64,000 bases of DNA from a virus, in IMG/VR virus record IMGVR_UViG_3300045988_180880, positions 64,001-128,000 of that record; one strand, 5' to 3'. Numbering within the stretch: position 1 is the stretch's first letter; each line of letters opens with the position of its first letter. The notes below the pieces were generated by a model. The model did no database searches and was not told where the DNA came from. It saw only the letters and a list, made by a program, of their open reading frames with translations. Below, piece by piece: positions 1-9,388 of the stretch. The translations under genes and the position numbers were made by a program.

Positions 1-354
1 ACAAAGGAGCTTCCCTTATATTACACCCCTTTTCGCTACCGCTAGGGGTGTCTAAGGAAGAAACTTTGAATAGATATATAGAAAATAAACCCAGAAAATG
101 AAGATGTTATAAAGATTTTATATTATTGATTTTCGCCTCTCCAAGGAGGCGAATCTAATCTAAATATTACAACTTTTTTTTAGGATAACATATTCTTTCA
201 TTATTTGTATTTTTACTCCAATCTAAGTTGTTATTTTGCTCTTCTAATAACTTTAAACTCTAATTAATGAAAAAGGGAGACTCCTATGTCTTCATTTTTA
301 TGTAACTGGATTCTGTATTGAATTAAAAAATAACAATTAAAATATTAAATATTT
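1..354 (+). promoter_or_regulatory. Conserved structured leader, copy 1, upstream of helicase-like paralog 1
   Basis: Shares order and sequence blocks with 52863-53232. Blocks include TTGAATA-N-TATATAG, the hairpin TTCGCCTC..GAGGCGAA and TTTTATGTAACTGGATTCTGTATT. Locally GC-rich hairpins ACACCCCT..AGGGGTGT. Confidence 0.5.
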
Positions 355-2397
355 ATGATCAATAAATTACCTGATATCATAGTACCTAGAGGTATTAGAT
401 ATATTTCAGAAATGGATAGTTTATTTAGATTTTATAAACTACCTGTAAAGTGTATAATTAATAAACAATTACCTGGATGTGGATTTACAGAATATTGTTT
501 AAGAGGACCTGAAAATGTAATACTTTGTTCTCCTAGAAAGATGTTACTTAAAAATAAAAAGGATCAACATGGTAGAGACGTTTATTTAGTTATAAACGAG
601 TTGGAAAAAGAAGTACCAATTGATAAAGATCTTTCTAAAATTGATAAATCTATTAATAGAGGAGATCAATTTATGGAGAAATTAGATGAGATGGTTAATG
701 GGAAAAATACTGTCTATAACCGATTAATGAATGAAATTAAAGATTACCTAAATGAGAGAAAATACTTAGGAGATAAACCGTGTAAAATTCTAGTTACTTA
801 CGATTCATATAGAATAGTAAAAGATATATTAACATCTTTAGGTATATTTCAAAGTTTTTACACTATAATAGATGAATTTCAAACTATCTTACATGATGCT
901 AAATTTAAATCAGATACTGAATTAGATTTCTTATATCACTTACATCAATCCCATTCAGCTCTATTTGTTAGTGCAACTCCAATGTTAGAGGAATATTTAA
1001 ACATGCTGGATGAATTTGATGGTTTACCTTATATAGATATGAATTGGGGGAAAGAGGACCCATCTAGAATTCTTAAACCTGCTTTAAAAGTGTTATCTAT
1101 GATGAGTGTAGGAACTAAATTACCAGAAATTATTCAATCCTATAAATCTGGTAACTTTGAAAGTGCTATAAGGATGATTAACGGTTATCCTACTAAAATA
1201 ATTAGCGATGAAGCTGTATTTTATGTAAACTCTGTTAATCATATAGTCAGTATTATAAAGAAATGTGATCTTCAATCAGAGGAGGTTAATATATTATGTA
1301 GTAATACACCAGATAATCTCAAAAAAATTCAAAAAAGATTAGGGAAGAAATTTGTGATAGGAGAGGTACCATTGAAAGGGGTTAAACCTAAGATGTTTAC
1401 ATTTTGTACTAGGACAGTTTACCTAGGGGCAGACTTTTATAGTTTATGCGCTAGATCGTTTATCTTTAGTGATAGTAATATAGACTCTTTAGCTGTTGAT
1501 ATTTCTGAAGATTTACCTCAAATTCTGGGAAGGCAAAGATTGTTTGAAAATCCATGGAAAAACGAAGCTACTTTTTATTATAGATCTACCTGTGATTATA
1601 GAAAGGTTAGTCAGGAGGAGTTTAATAAGGAAATAGAAAGAAAAAAGAAAGCTACTAGTGACTTATTATCTGCATTTAGTACAGCTTTAGATGATGTTAA
1701 GTATAATTTAGCTAAGAAGTATCAAAGTGATGTAAAAAGTAATAATTATAAGAATGATTATATAGCTGTAAACGAACATCAGGGTGGAACTTTAGTACCT
1801 GCTCTTAATAATTTAGTATTGGTTAACGAGATTAGAGCTTTTAAGATACAGCAAATAGATTATAAAGATAGATTTACTGTATTCTCAACAGTTCATAATA
1901 CTTTATCTCCGGATGATATAGTTAATAGAAAGATATCAGATTTTTTAAAGGAATATCAAGAATTAGGTACTTTTAAAGCCAAACTTAAACTTCTTTGTGA
2001 ATATAGTTTTAATGATCAAATTATAGGAGTAGTATTAGATCAGATTGGAGAACATGATAATATTAAGTCTTACTATTTAGCACTCGGACCTCAAAAACTC
2101 AGAGCTTTAGGATATGATAAATATAAGATTGAGAAAGAACTTGGAGTAGTAACATTTAGTCAAGAACTTTTAGTTAATACTATTTATTCAGAATTTAAAG
2201 TTGGAGATAAATTGACATTAGCTAATATAAAATCTAGACTAGAGTATCTTTATCCATCAATTTCCTATACAGCTACTCCTAAGGCAAAAGATTTAGAAAA
2301 TTATTTTGAAGTTAAATTGATATATGTTACAATTTTAGATGAAACTACAGGAAAGAAGAAACAAACAAAGGGTTATGAATTATTAAAAAGAAAATAA
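355..2397 (+). CDS. SF2 helicase-like protein, paralog 1
   Basis: Has DEFQ (DExx box), FVSATP (motif III) and QILGRQR (motif VI). Motif I reads PGCGFTE, so it lacks the Walker-A lysine. Paralogous to 53233-55260 over its full length. Confidence 0.6.
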   Translation: MINKLPDIIVPRGIRYISEMDSLFRFYKLPVKCIINKQLPGCGFTEYCLRGPENVILCSPRKMLLKNKKDQHGRDVYLVINELEKEVPIDKDLSKIDKSINRGDQFMEKLDEMVNGKNTVYNRLMNEIKDYLNERKYLGDKPCKILVTYDSYRIVKDILTSLGIFQSFYTIIDEFQTILHDAKFKSDTELDFLYHLHQSHSALFVSATPMLEEYLNMLDEFDGLPYIDMNWGKEDPSRILKPALKVLSMMSVGTKLPEIIQSYKSGNFESAIRMINGYPTKIISDEAVFYVNSVNHIVSIIKKCDLQSEEVNILCSNTPDNLKKIQKRLGKKFVIGEVPLKGVKPKMFTFCTRTVYLGADFYSLCARSFIFSDSNIDSLAVDISEDLPQILGRQRLFENPWKNEATFYYRSTCDYRKVSQEEFNKEIERKKKATSDLLSAFSTALDDVKYNLAKKYQSDVKSNNYKNDYIAVNEHQGGTLVPALNNLVLVNEIRAFKIQQIDYKDRFTVFSTVHNTLSPDDIVNRKISDFLKEYQELGTFKAKLKLLCEYSFNDQIIGVVLDQIGEHDNIKSYYLALGPQKLRALGYDKYKIEKELGVVTFSQELLVNTIYSEFKVGDKLTLANIKSRLEYLYPSISYTATPKAKDLENYFEVKLIYVTILDETTGKKKQTKGYELLKRK

Positions 2398-2406
2398 ATA
2401 TAGAAA

Positions 2407-2440
2407 AAGAGGGAAATAACAAATCCCTCTTTATTTTTCT
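2407..2440 (+). terminator. Rho-independent terminator
   Basis: Hairpin AAGAGGGA..TCCCTCTT followed by TATTTTTC. Confidence 0.6.
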
Positions 2441-2556
2441 TCCTCTAAACCTCTAAAACACGTATCCCAGAAGGTGTTACCCTAATAATTGAGAGAAAAT
2501 TTCAGGTTCTCTCAAGGTTTATACTAATTAATTAAAAATAATAATGCTAATAAAGA

Positions 2557-3669
2557 ATGGAAGACGATTATTTGTTAGATGAAGAAGAAGAAGACCTAGA
2601 AAATCAAGGATATCTAGGTCCAGACGAAACAGGAGATGATTCTGACGACGATGACTCTGAAGGTTCTGATGAGAGTATTATTGGAGATGACGAGGATGAG
2701 AAGAAAATTAAAGTAGATGAGTCTCAGTATGAAGGTAAGATGACTAAGGACGAACTTTGGTTATCTACAGCATACGATGACATAATAGCAGCAGGAAAAT
2801 TGGATAAAGATAATGCAATTGAAGATGCTGTTACTACTATAGTTTGGGCTAATCCTAAACATACTTCAGTTAATACAGTCGGAAATATTATTAAAGATTT
2901 GTTTCATAAGCAAGGTCACTCTCGTATGGTTAATAGCCTCTATACACCTGATACTCCTTTACGCGGAGAAGATGTTGATATAGACTTTAAAGATGAGGAT
3001 GACTCTGGATTTAATAAGAGATATGCTGAAGAAGCGAGAAACCAAATAGCAAGATTCATAGAATTTTTGGCTACTCGTGATATTAGCAAAGACTCTATTA
3101 TATCAAAGCGAAGAAAACAAAGACAAATTCCAGCTTTTATTATTTTCTTATTCTCTTCTGGTATGTATGACTTAATTGTTGAATGTCCTACTATGCCCGA
3201 AGAATATGCAACTCAGATAAAAGAAGCAATGAGAAAAATCCTAAAAGCTAAGTATGATATCGTCGAAGAATTAGCAAAGAAGTACGAAGAAATGGGTAGA
3301 CAGGCTGTGGCAGATCGAGTTAGAAAGTTACAGTTATCATGGTTTAATAAAGAACCAGCCGAAATTAGATCATCAGCCGAATACTCTGATCTCGAACTTA
3401 CTTATGACGACGTATTGGTTTATCGTGAATATAGATCCAGATTTACTAATACATCAAGAGCTATTACTCAAGATATTATTTCAGATATGATTGAGGTAGT
3501 TATAGATAAAGAAGCAGGAGTTTATGAAAGATTAAAAGACAAGACCAGATCAGATGCAATATCAGATGTAAAACAAGTATATAAAGATTGGTCAAAAAAT
3601 AATCCTGACGATTCTGAACTAGCTACTAAGATAATTTGGAAAGATGTCGAAGGAATGGTTAAACAGTAA
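2557..3669 (+). CDS. Hypothetical protein with poly-acidic N-terminus
   Basis: Long ORF with a D/E/S-rich first ~60 aa. It ends 17 nt upstream of the beta' start. No motif recognised. Confidence 0.6.
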   Translation: MEDDYLLDEEEEDLENQGYLGPDETGDDSDDDDSEGSDESIIGDDEDEKKIKVDESQYEGKMTKDELWLSTAYDDIIAAGKLDKDNAIEDAVTTIVWANPKHTSVNTVGNIIKDLFHKQGHSRMVNSLYTPDTPLRGEDVDIDFKDEDDSGFNKRYAEEARNQIARFIEFLATRDISKDSIISKRRKQRQIPAFIIFLFSSGMYDLIVECPTMPEEYATQIKEAMRKILKAKYDIVEELAKKYEEMGRQAVADRVRKLQLSWFNKEPAEIRSSAEYSDLELTYDDVLVYREYRSRFTNTSRAITQDIISDMIEVVIDKEAGVYERLKDKTRSDAISDVKQVYKDWSKNNPDDSELATKIIWKDVEGMVKQ

Positions 3670-3685
3670 AAAATATTAAAATTTT

Positions 3686-4818
3686 ATGTCAGTATCTCTT
3701 GAGTTACTAACCGATGAAGCTATCATCGATTATACTAAAAGTGATGGAAAAGATCAAGTTCTATTTAATCATAGAGACTTGGACCTGAAGTACAATGGAA
3801 TACAACCTATCGCCGGTGGAGTCTATGATGTCGATATTTTTGGCTCACCCATGGAAGATAGATGTATTTGTGGAAAAATTCGACAACCCTCTGCTGAACC
3901 TTGTCCTCATTGCGGGGCGAGAGTATTTACAAGAGAAGAGGGATTGAGAAGATTTGCTAGAATTGAACTTCCTTTCTATTACTTGAATGATTTACGTTTT
4001 GATATCTTTAAAGAACTTTTCGAAGATATTTTTAAAGATAGTAAAATTGTATTAGATTTCTTTGGAGACGATCTTCGAAGAAATGGTTATAGTGCAAGAG
4101 GAGCGAAGAAATTAGGTATTAAAGTTTTTGATACCTGCCAGTTCGAATATAATCCAACAACAAAAGAACTAAAAATATCAGAATTTATTACTGATGAAGC
4201 TCTATGTTCTTACGAAGGATTAATTAAAATTATTGAAGAACATTTTCCCGCTCGTCTTACAGAATTTAAAAAATTAATTAATCGGTATTACCTAGTACAA
4301 CCTGCTATGATGAGACCTTTTACTCTCGGAATTAAAAACGGGAAAAAAGTAATGGGATCTCATAAACTTAGTATTTGGTACTCTATTATTATCAGACTTT
4401 GTTGCGTAGAAGATAAAAAATCTAATGACTTGAACTATGAGGAAGTTACATCTAAATTTAATACCCCTGGAGAAAGAGTTAGATATACAGCCCTTCTACG
4501 TGCTCTCCTAAATGCTGGAAAAAAAGAAGCTACAGCACTACTTAATACATCTAAAGAAAATCTAGCACGTGACTTGTATTCTGTCCGTACTAAAAATTCT
4601 GCTAGATGCCCAATTATACCTAGTACTACATTAGCTATCGATGAAATCTCTGTTCCAATACATATCGCTTATGAAATGTGTCGGGAAGGTTTCTTAGATT
4701 ACTTAATGAAAGAGCTGAATTTTACCAAAAACGAAGCACTCAAAGCAACAAAAGAAGAATATAATAATCCGGAAACTCTGAAAATGTTTAAAGAGTATGC
4801 GGAAAAACAAATCGTACT
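3686..4818 (+). CDS. rpoC: RNA polymerase beta' homologue, exon 1
   Basis: Zinc motif CICGK..CPHCG and RFARIELPFYY resemble the bacterial beta' N-terminus. The 5' splice site is set by P1 CGTACT/GGTACG with a terminal U.G. Confidence 0.85.
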
Positions 4819-4976
4819 AATGGTTTCCTAATTGGTACGTTAGGTGTGAATCCTAGAATATATAATGTGAATTATGTATTAAATTTTGTGTATTGCTGGG
4901 AGGATCTAAATATCTAATCAGCAGTTGAAGATAATTTATTTATACGAATTTATAATAATTAAAATACTAGAATATT

Positions 4977-5582
4977 ATGAAGGTACTTAGAATTAAACAC
5001 TTCTCTTCTCTAGTATCTACACAACCAATTTTTAATAGATCTGAACATATGAAGCAACTACATGCTCAAGGAAGATATCAAGGTACTTCTAAAATTGGTA
5101 TATGGAATTCTAGTGAAGAGAAGAGACAAAGAATGGCATTACTTGGAGCTAAAAATGCTTTAGATAAAAATTCTAAAGGTTATGGATCTGAGTATGCAAT
5201 GAGAGTAAATAATAGAATATTACTTGGAAATAAATTTCAAGGAGAAACTGGTTATTTATATTTTGTAAGATATCCGAAATCAATAAAAATTGGATTTTCA
5301 AAGAATTGGGAACGTAGAATTAATACCCAATTGATGAATCAATTTCAAATACTTGGTGGAAAAGTTGTAGCAATTATATCAGGACCTACCAATGAACTAG
5401 CTGATCTCGAGTTTGATACTTTTATTAAATTTCAAAAATATACTAAACTGTCTAAAGACGAAACAAGGTATACTGAATTTTTAGATGATAAAATTAGAAA
5501 AGACGTATATAACTTTTTGGATGATAAAGTAAAAAATAATAGTAATTTGAAATTTATTATACAAAATAAAATAAACCTTTGA
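4977..5582 (+). CDS. Intron-encoded T5orf172/GIY-YIG-like protein
   Basis: GYLYFVRYPKSIKIGFS...R pattern. Lies inside the intron between Q and R. Confidence 0.5.
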   Translation: MKVLRIKHFSSLVSTQPIFNRSEHMKQLHAQGRYQGTSKIGIWNSSEEKRQRMALLGAKNALDKNSKGYGSEYAMRVNNRILLGNKFQGETGYLYFVRYPKSIKIGFSKNWERRINTQLMNQFQILGGKVVAIISGPTNELADLEFDTFIKFQKYTKLSKDETRYTEFLDDKIRKDVYNFLDDKVKNNSNLKFIIQNKINL

Positions 5583-6364
5583 AATTTATGACACAAGAAG
5601 AAATTAAATACCATAATCAACTATGGTATTATAAAACATATAATCAACTTATAGATAAATGTATACAATTGGAGTCTGATGGTTATCCAGAAGATATGTA
5701 TACAGAGGTTCACCATATATTACCTAAATGTATGGGTGGAACAAATAAGGAAGATAATTTAGTAAGAATGCCTGTTAGATATCATATAATGGCTCATTTA
5801 TTACTTGTAAAAATATATCCAAATATAGGAAAAATAATATATGCAGCTAATATAATGATTGTCGGAAATAAAAATACAAGAGCTGAACGAAATCTAGCTT
5901 TAAATCAATTCTCTACAAAAACTATTAGTCAATTAAGGGAAACTATGGCAAATTATCAGAAAGGAAAACCTTTATCAGAAGAACATAAGCAGAAAATTTC
6001 TTTTGCATTAAAAGGAAAAGTACATTCTGAGGATCATAATAGAAAAGTTTCTGAATCTAAAAAAGGAAAACATTTATCAAAAGAAACGAAAGATAAGTTA
6101 AAGTTGTCCCATTTAGGTAAAAGTCTTTCTGAAAGTCATAAAAAAGCTATTGGAAACGCTCTTCGTGGAAGAAAAGGAAAACCTCTCTCTGAGGAAGTAA
6201 GAGAGAAAATTTCTAAAAATAATAAAATGTCAAAAGCTGTTCAGGATTATAATGGTGTAATTTATAATAGTATCTCTGATTGTTCTAGAAAATTAAATAT
6301 TCCAGATAGTACTATTAGTTATTGGATCAAAAAACATCCTGAAAAAGGTTTTAAATTCGTATAA
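5579..6364 (+). CDS. Intron-encoded HNH homing endonuclease
   Basis: EVHHILPKCMGGT..N..H HNH motif. Repeated SEEHKxKIS (NUMOD3-like) modules. Likely true start is the ATG at 5588. Close paralog of 13745-14629. Confidence 0.8.
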   Translation: MKFMTQEEIKYHNQLWYYKTYNQLIDKCIQLESDGYPEDMYTEVHHILPKCMGGTNKEDNLVRMPVRYHIMAHLLLVKIYPNIGKIIYAANIMIVGNKNTRAERNLALNQFSTKTISQLRETMANYQKGKPLSEEHKQKISFALKGKVHSEDHNRKVSESKKGKHLSKETKDKLKLSHLGKSLSESHKKAIGNALRGRKGKPLSEEVREKISKNNKMSKAVQDYNGVIYNSISDCSRKLNIPDSTISYWIKKHPEKGFKFV

Positions 6365-6511
6365 ATAAATTAATCACAATTCAACGACTATGGACAAAAC
6401 CAGGCTAGTGTTGTGATAACCTAGTTTTAACCATGGAAAATATAGTCTTTGCAAGATAGAATTATATCTTGGGTAATCAATATAAGTTGGCTAAAGTATT
6501 GATTATCACAG

Positions 6512-7163
6512 AGTTAATCGCCAACCCTCTTTGCACGAGTACAGTATGTTTAGCATGAAGCTCAAGCTTAATGATTCATATGCAATTGAATTTCCCATCG
6601 CTGTTTGTGAGCCTTTAAATGCTGACTTCGATGGCGATACGTGCTCCATACAACTCGTCCCTCCAGAGGCAGCAGAAGAAACATATCTTAGGATGTCGCC
6701 AAGATATGTGAATGTTTATAAGAAAAATAATGAACCTATATTTAAATTTAACCACGAAACTTTGAATGGTCTTGCAGTTGCATCAGAATACGTATTTGAT
6801 GATCAGGATGAATTAGAAAATCCTAGACACTTTTATACGGATTATGTGCAACTTCTTAAAGATGTTGAAGTAGAGAAAAAAATTAAAGTAGGTACTCCAA
6901 TTACATTCACTGGAAAAATTGGAAATGTTGAATATACCGCTAAAACAACAAGTTATGGTAGACTTCGAATTTCTAAGATTCTAGACGCAGATATGGATGA
7001 AATTGGGATTTTATCTAATAAATATGAACGTATCAGTGCTAAAGCTGCTTCGAAATTATCTTTATATCTTAATCAATTTCCTGATGGAGTTGAGAAAAGA
7101 AAAGCATTACAGAAGCTTGCCCTCAGAATTGTTACATTAGCAGGAGTAGTTACGTTTGACTAT
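6512..7163 (+). CDS. rpoC: RNA polymerase beta' exon 2 (catalytic loop)
   Basis: Contains NADFDGD. Begins NRQPSLH. Confidence 0.85.
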
Positions 7164-7350
7164 AAAATTGTAGCTTAAGAAATAAATTATCTTGAGAAAA
7201 TTCTATTAAAATGCTAGAACTATTAGAATAAAGTAGAATTAGCATCTCTATCTCTTAGATAAAATAGAGTTCAACGACTAAATATAGAACTGTATGAAGT
7301 TATATACAGATGATATAGTCTATCTAAATTAAGAAGATTTAGAATTAATG
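7164..7350 (+). mobile_element. Group I intron, type A, ORF-less
   Basis: AAATGCTAGAAC / TTAGCATC / GTTCAACGACTAA / GATATAGTCTA, then a P9 hairpin and 3' G. P1 is only 4 bp (CTAT/GTAG). Confidence 0.7.
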
Positions 7351-7464
7351 AAAACGTTATATGCTGATTGTGATACTGAGACGTATAAAAGAATATGTAA
7401 TGTTGCAGATTCAAAAGATCTTACTGATAAACAAAAACTTCTTATAATGACTGAAGAATTTCGT
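7351..7464 (+). CDS. rpoC: RNA polymerase beta' exon 3
   Basis: Open frame KTLYADCDTETYKR..TEEFR, bounded by intron cores on both sides. Confidence 0.65.
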
Positions 7465-7637
7465 TAATTATTTTTAGCGACTTAATAATTTTAATTATTA
7501 AGAAAAATAAGAGAATTGCTAGAACTATATATAAAATACTGAACTAGCATCAAGTAGTATTAACTATTTGTTCAACGACTATGTACTTATTATAAAATGA
7601 TATAGTCTACCTTTATTGATTGAATAAAGAGTTAGTG
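7465..7637 (+). mobile_element. Group I intron, type A, ORF-less
   Basis: GAATTGCTAGAAC / CTAGCATC / GTTCAACGACTAT / GATATAGTCTA. P1 TCGT/GCGA. Confidence 0.7.
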
Positions 7638-7766
7638 AAATATGAAAAAGAAGTTTCTGAAAGTTTTAGTACAGATCTTAAAAATGAATTAGCACGTGCA
7701 AATCGTGTAAAACTAAACTCGATTGTAGCAATGTCAATGCCTAAAGAAAAAATTGGGCAATATAAT
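7638..7766 (+). CDS. rpoC: RNA polymerase beta' exon 4
   Basis: Open frame KYEKEV..ANRVKLNSIVAMSMPKEKIGQYN. Confidence 0.65.
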
Positions 7767-7923
7767 GAAAATTAACTCATTATATTAAAATTATGTTAAT
7801 TGCTGGAACTGTAAGAATTATAGAATTAGCATCAAGTAAAAGCTTAAATTATTTGTTCAACGACTATATACATAATATTAAAGATATAGTCTAAACTTAT
7901 ATAAAGTAATATAAGTATCATTG
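7767..7923 (+). mobile_element. Group I intron, type A, ORF-less (about 157 nt)
   Basis: TAATTGCTGGAAC / TTAGCATC / GTTCAACGACTAT / AGATATAGTCTAA, P9 hairpin, tail ATCATTG. Confidence 0.7.
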
Positions 7924-8042
7924 CAATTTATTGTTAGTGGAGTTGATGAAAAACCTGTTATTACACGAGGAACACTTTTGTCAGGATATACAGAAAAAGA
8001 CTATCAGCTTCATTCAATCGAGAATAGATCACTACAGTCAAT
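7924..8042 (+). CDS. rpoC: RNA polymerase beta' exon 5
   Basis: QFIVSGVDEKPVITRGTLLSGYTEKDYQLHSIENRSLQS aligns with the bacterial segment ahead of the bridge helix. The 5' splice site is set by P1 AGTCAAT/GTTGACT with U.G. Confidence 0.75.
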
Positions 8043-9332
8043 TTTAGTTTACCTTTAGTTGACTATAAATTCTACTAAATGCTGGAATTCTGTGAAGAGA
8101 ATCAGCAGTTAATACAAAACTAAGTCATAAAGTTGTGAAATTATTATGGCAGGGAAATTGGAAAAATTTATATTAACAGATAAAGAAGAAATAGATTCTT
8201 TTAATAAATTAATTAGTTTAAATCCGCAACCTGGAAAATCTTTTGATAATTATTTAAAAGTTATCAATCGCGGTCATTATAAAATATGTTTATATAAATG
8301 GTTTACTGGATTAGATGAAGATATTTATGTAACTCAATCTCATTTATATAAACATTTGAATGATAATAGCAAATTTGTTAAAATAACACCTCAAATTTAT
8401 TATGATGTTATAGTATTAGGTTTGACTAATATTAATGATCGTCCTAAATGTGAAATATGTGGAAAAATATCTAGATGGGATGGATTTAAAAGAGGTTATT
8501 TAAAAACATGTTCAGAAAAGTGTTCTGAACTATTAAGAGATAGTAGAATGTCTGAACAAGGATTAAAAAATTTTCACAAATTACAGACAAAAGAGTCTAG
8601 AGAAAAGCAGAGGGAATCACATAAAGGATGGAGTCCTTCAGAAAAACAAAGAAAACAAATTTCTCAACGAATGAAAGATTTCTATAAGACACCAAAAGGA
8701 TTAGAAATGAGAAAGAATTCTAGTAGGTTATTATCTGAAAGAAATATTGAAATGATGAAAGATAAGTCTTATTATAACAAACGAACAGGAGGTAAATATA
8801 AAACAGGTATATATCATTCTAAAGTTTGGAATAAAGATTTTAATTATGATTCATCTTGGGAAATTAATTTTATAAAATTTTTTGAAAAGCAGAAATGGCA
8901 AAGTGAGATAAAAATATTTGATAGGTGTTTAGATTCTATTATTTATAAATGGGATGATGGAACTGAACATAGATATCTACCTGATTTTTACATCAAATTT
9001 AAATCAGGTCTTCAAGTTGTTATTGAGTTAAAACCAGCAAATCTAATAGAAAAAGATCCGGTGATTTTAGCCAAAAGAATAGCAGCGAAGAAATACTTTG
9101 CAAAAAGAAATATAAAATATATTATATTATCTGAAAATGAACTATTCACAACTAGATATATAAAGTATACTAAATTATCTGAAAGTTTAGGAATAGTTAA
9201 TTCATTTAATATTTATGATTACATAGTTTAATTAAGATTTAGTTTTGTATTAATTCAACGACTATATGTAGAAACTTATGTGAATAAGAAAGGTATAGTC
9301 TAAGTCTTTATGAATAAATAAAGATATCACTG
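8043..9332 (+). mobile_element. Group I intron core (type A) with endonuclease ORF; first half of a tandem insertion
   Basis: AAATGCTGGAAT (8081) / AATCAGCAG (8104) / ATTCAACGACTAT (9253) / GGTATAGTCTAA (9292), P9 hairpin, tail ATCACTG. Confidence 0.65.
8146..9231 (+). CDS. Intron-encoded PD-(D/E)xK-type endonuclease
   Basis: C-terminal PDFY..VIELKP (D..ExK). Cys-rich CEICGK..CSEKC. NUMOD-like SxxxKxKIS repeats. Confidence 0.55.
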   Translation: MAGKLEKFILTDKEEIDSFNKLISLNPQPGKSFDNYLKVINRGHYKICLYKWFTGLDEDIYVTQSHLYKHLNDNSKFVKITPQIYYDVIVLGLTNINDRPKCEICGKISRWDGFKRGYLKTCSEKCSELLRDSRMSEQGLKNFHKLQTKESREKQRESHKGWSPSEKQRKQISQRMKDFYKTPKGLEMRKNSSRLLSERNIEMMKDKSYYNKRTGGKYKTGIYHSKVWNKDFNYDSSWEINFIKFFEKQKWQSEIKIFDRCLDSIIYKWDDGTEHRYLPDFYIKFKSGLQVVIELKPANLIEKDPVILAKRIAAKKYFAKRNIKYIILSENELFTTRYIKYTKLSESLGIVNSFNIYDYIV

Positions 9333-9388
9333 AAAAGTTAGTGGAGTTAGAAATAAAACCTGAACTTTATGGTAGCCCACTATAAATA
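9333..9388 (+). pseudogene. Decayed duplicate of the 5' end of beta' exon 5 (pseudo-exon)
   Basis: AAAGTTAGTGGAGTTAGAAATAAAACCTG resembles TTGTTAGTGGAGTTGATGAAAAACCTG at 7931, with a 1-nt indel. A stop is met in the frame set by exon 5. Confidence 0.5.

Larger units (their letters stand above)
4819..6511 (+). mobile_element. Group I intron, type A, carrying two ORFs
   Basis: P TATTGCTGGG (4891), Q TAATCAGCAG (4915), R TTCAACGACTA (6380), S ATATAGTCT (6440), P9 hairpin, 3' G at 6511. The junction restores IVLVNRQPSLH (bacterial VLLNRAPTLH). Confidence 0.8.

Noticed and set aside
5432-5620. Other short overlapping or antisense track ORFs (5432-5620, 11163-11420, 11893-12075, 17786-17971, 18031-18237, 22235-22438, 23452-23664, 27143-27349, 29174-29596, 39090-39323, 40110-40313, 42440-42655, 44039-44329, 46318-46518, 46709-46891, 47025-47219, 51585-51821, 54655-54840, 57476-57706).
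   Set aside because: Each overlaps a longer, motif-bearing or operon-consistent ORF. AT-rich DNA readily yields such stop-free antisense stretches.
9333-9388. This segment as a genuine mini-exon of beta'.
   Set aside because: In the phase inherited from exon 5 it hits TGA. It is a frameshifted copy of the exon 5 start. It would insert into the bridge helix. Kept as a pseudo-exon hypothesis pending cDNA.
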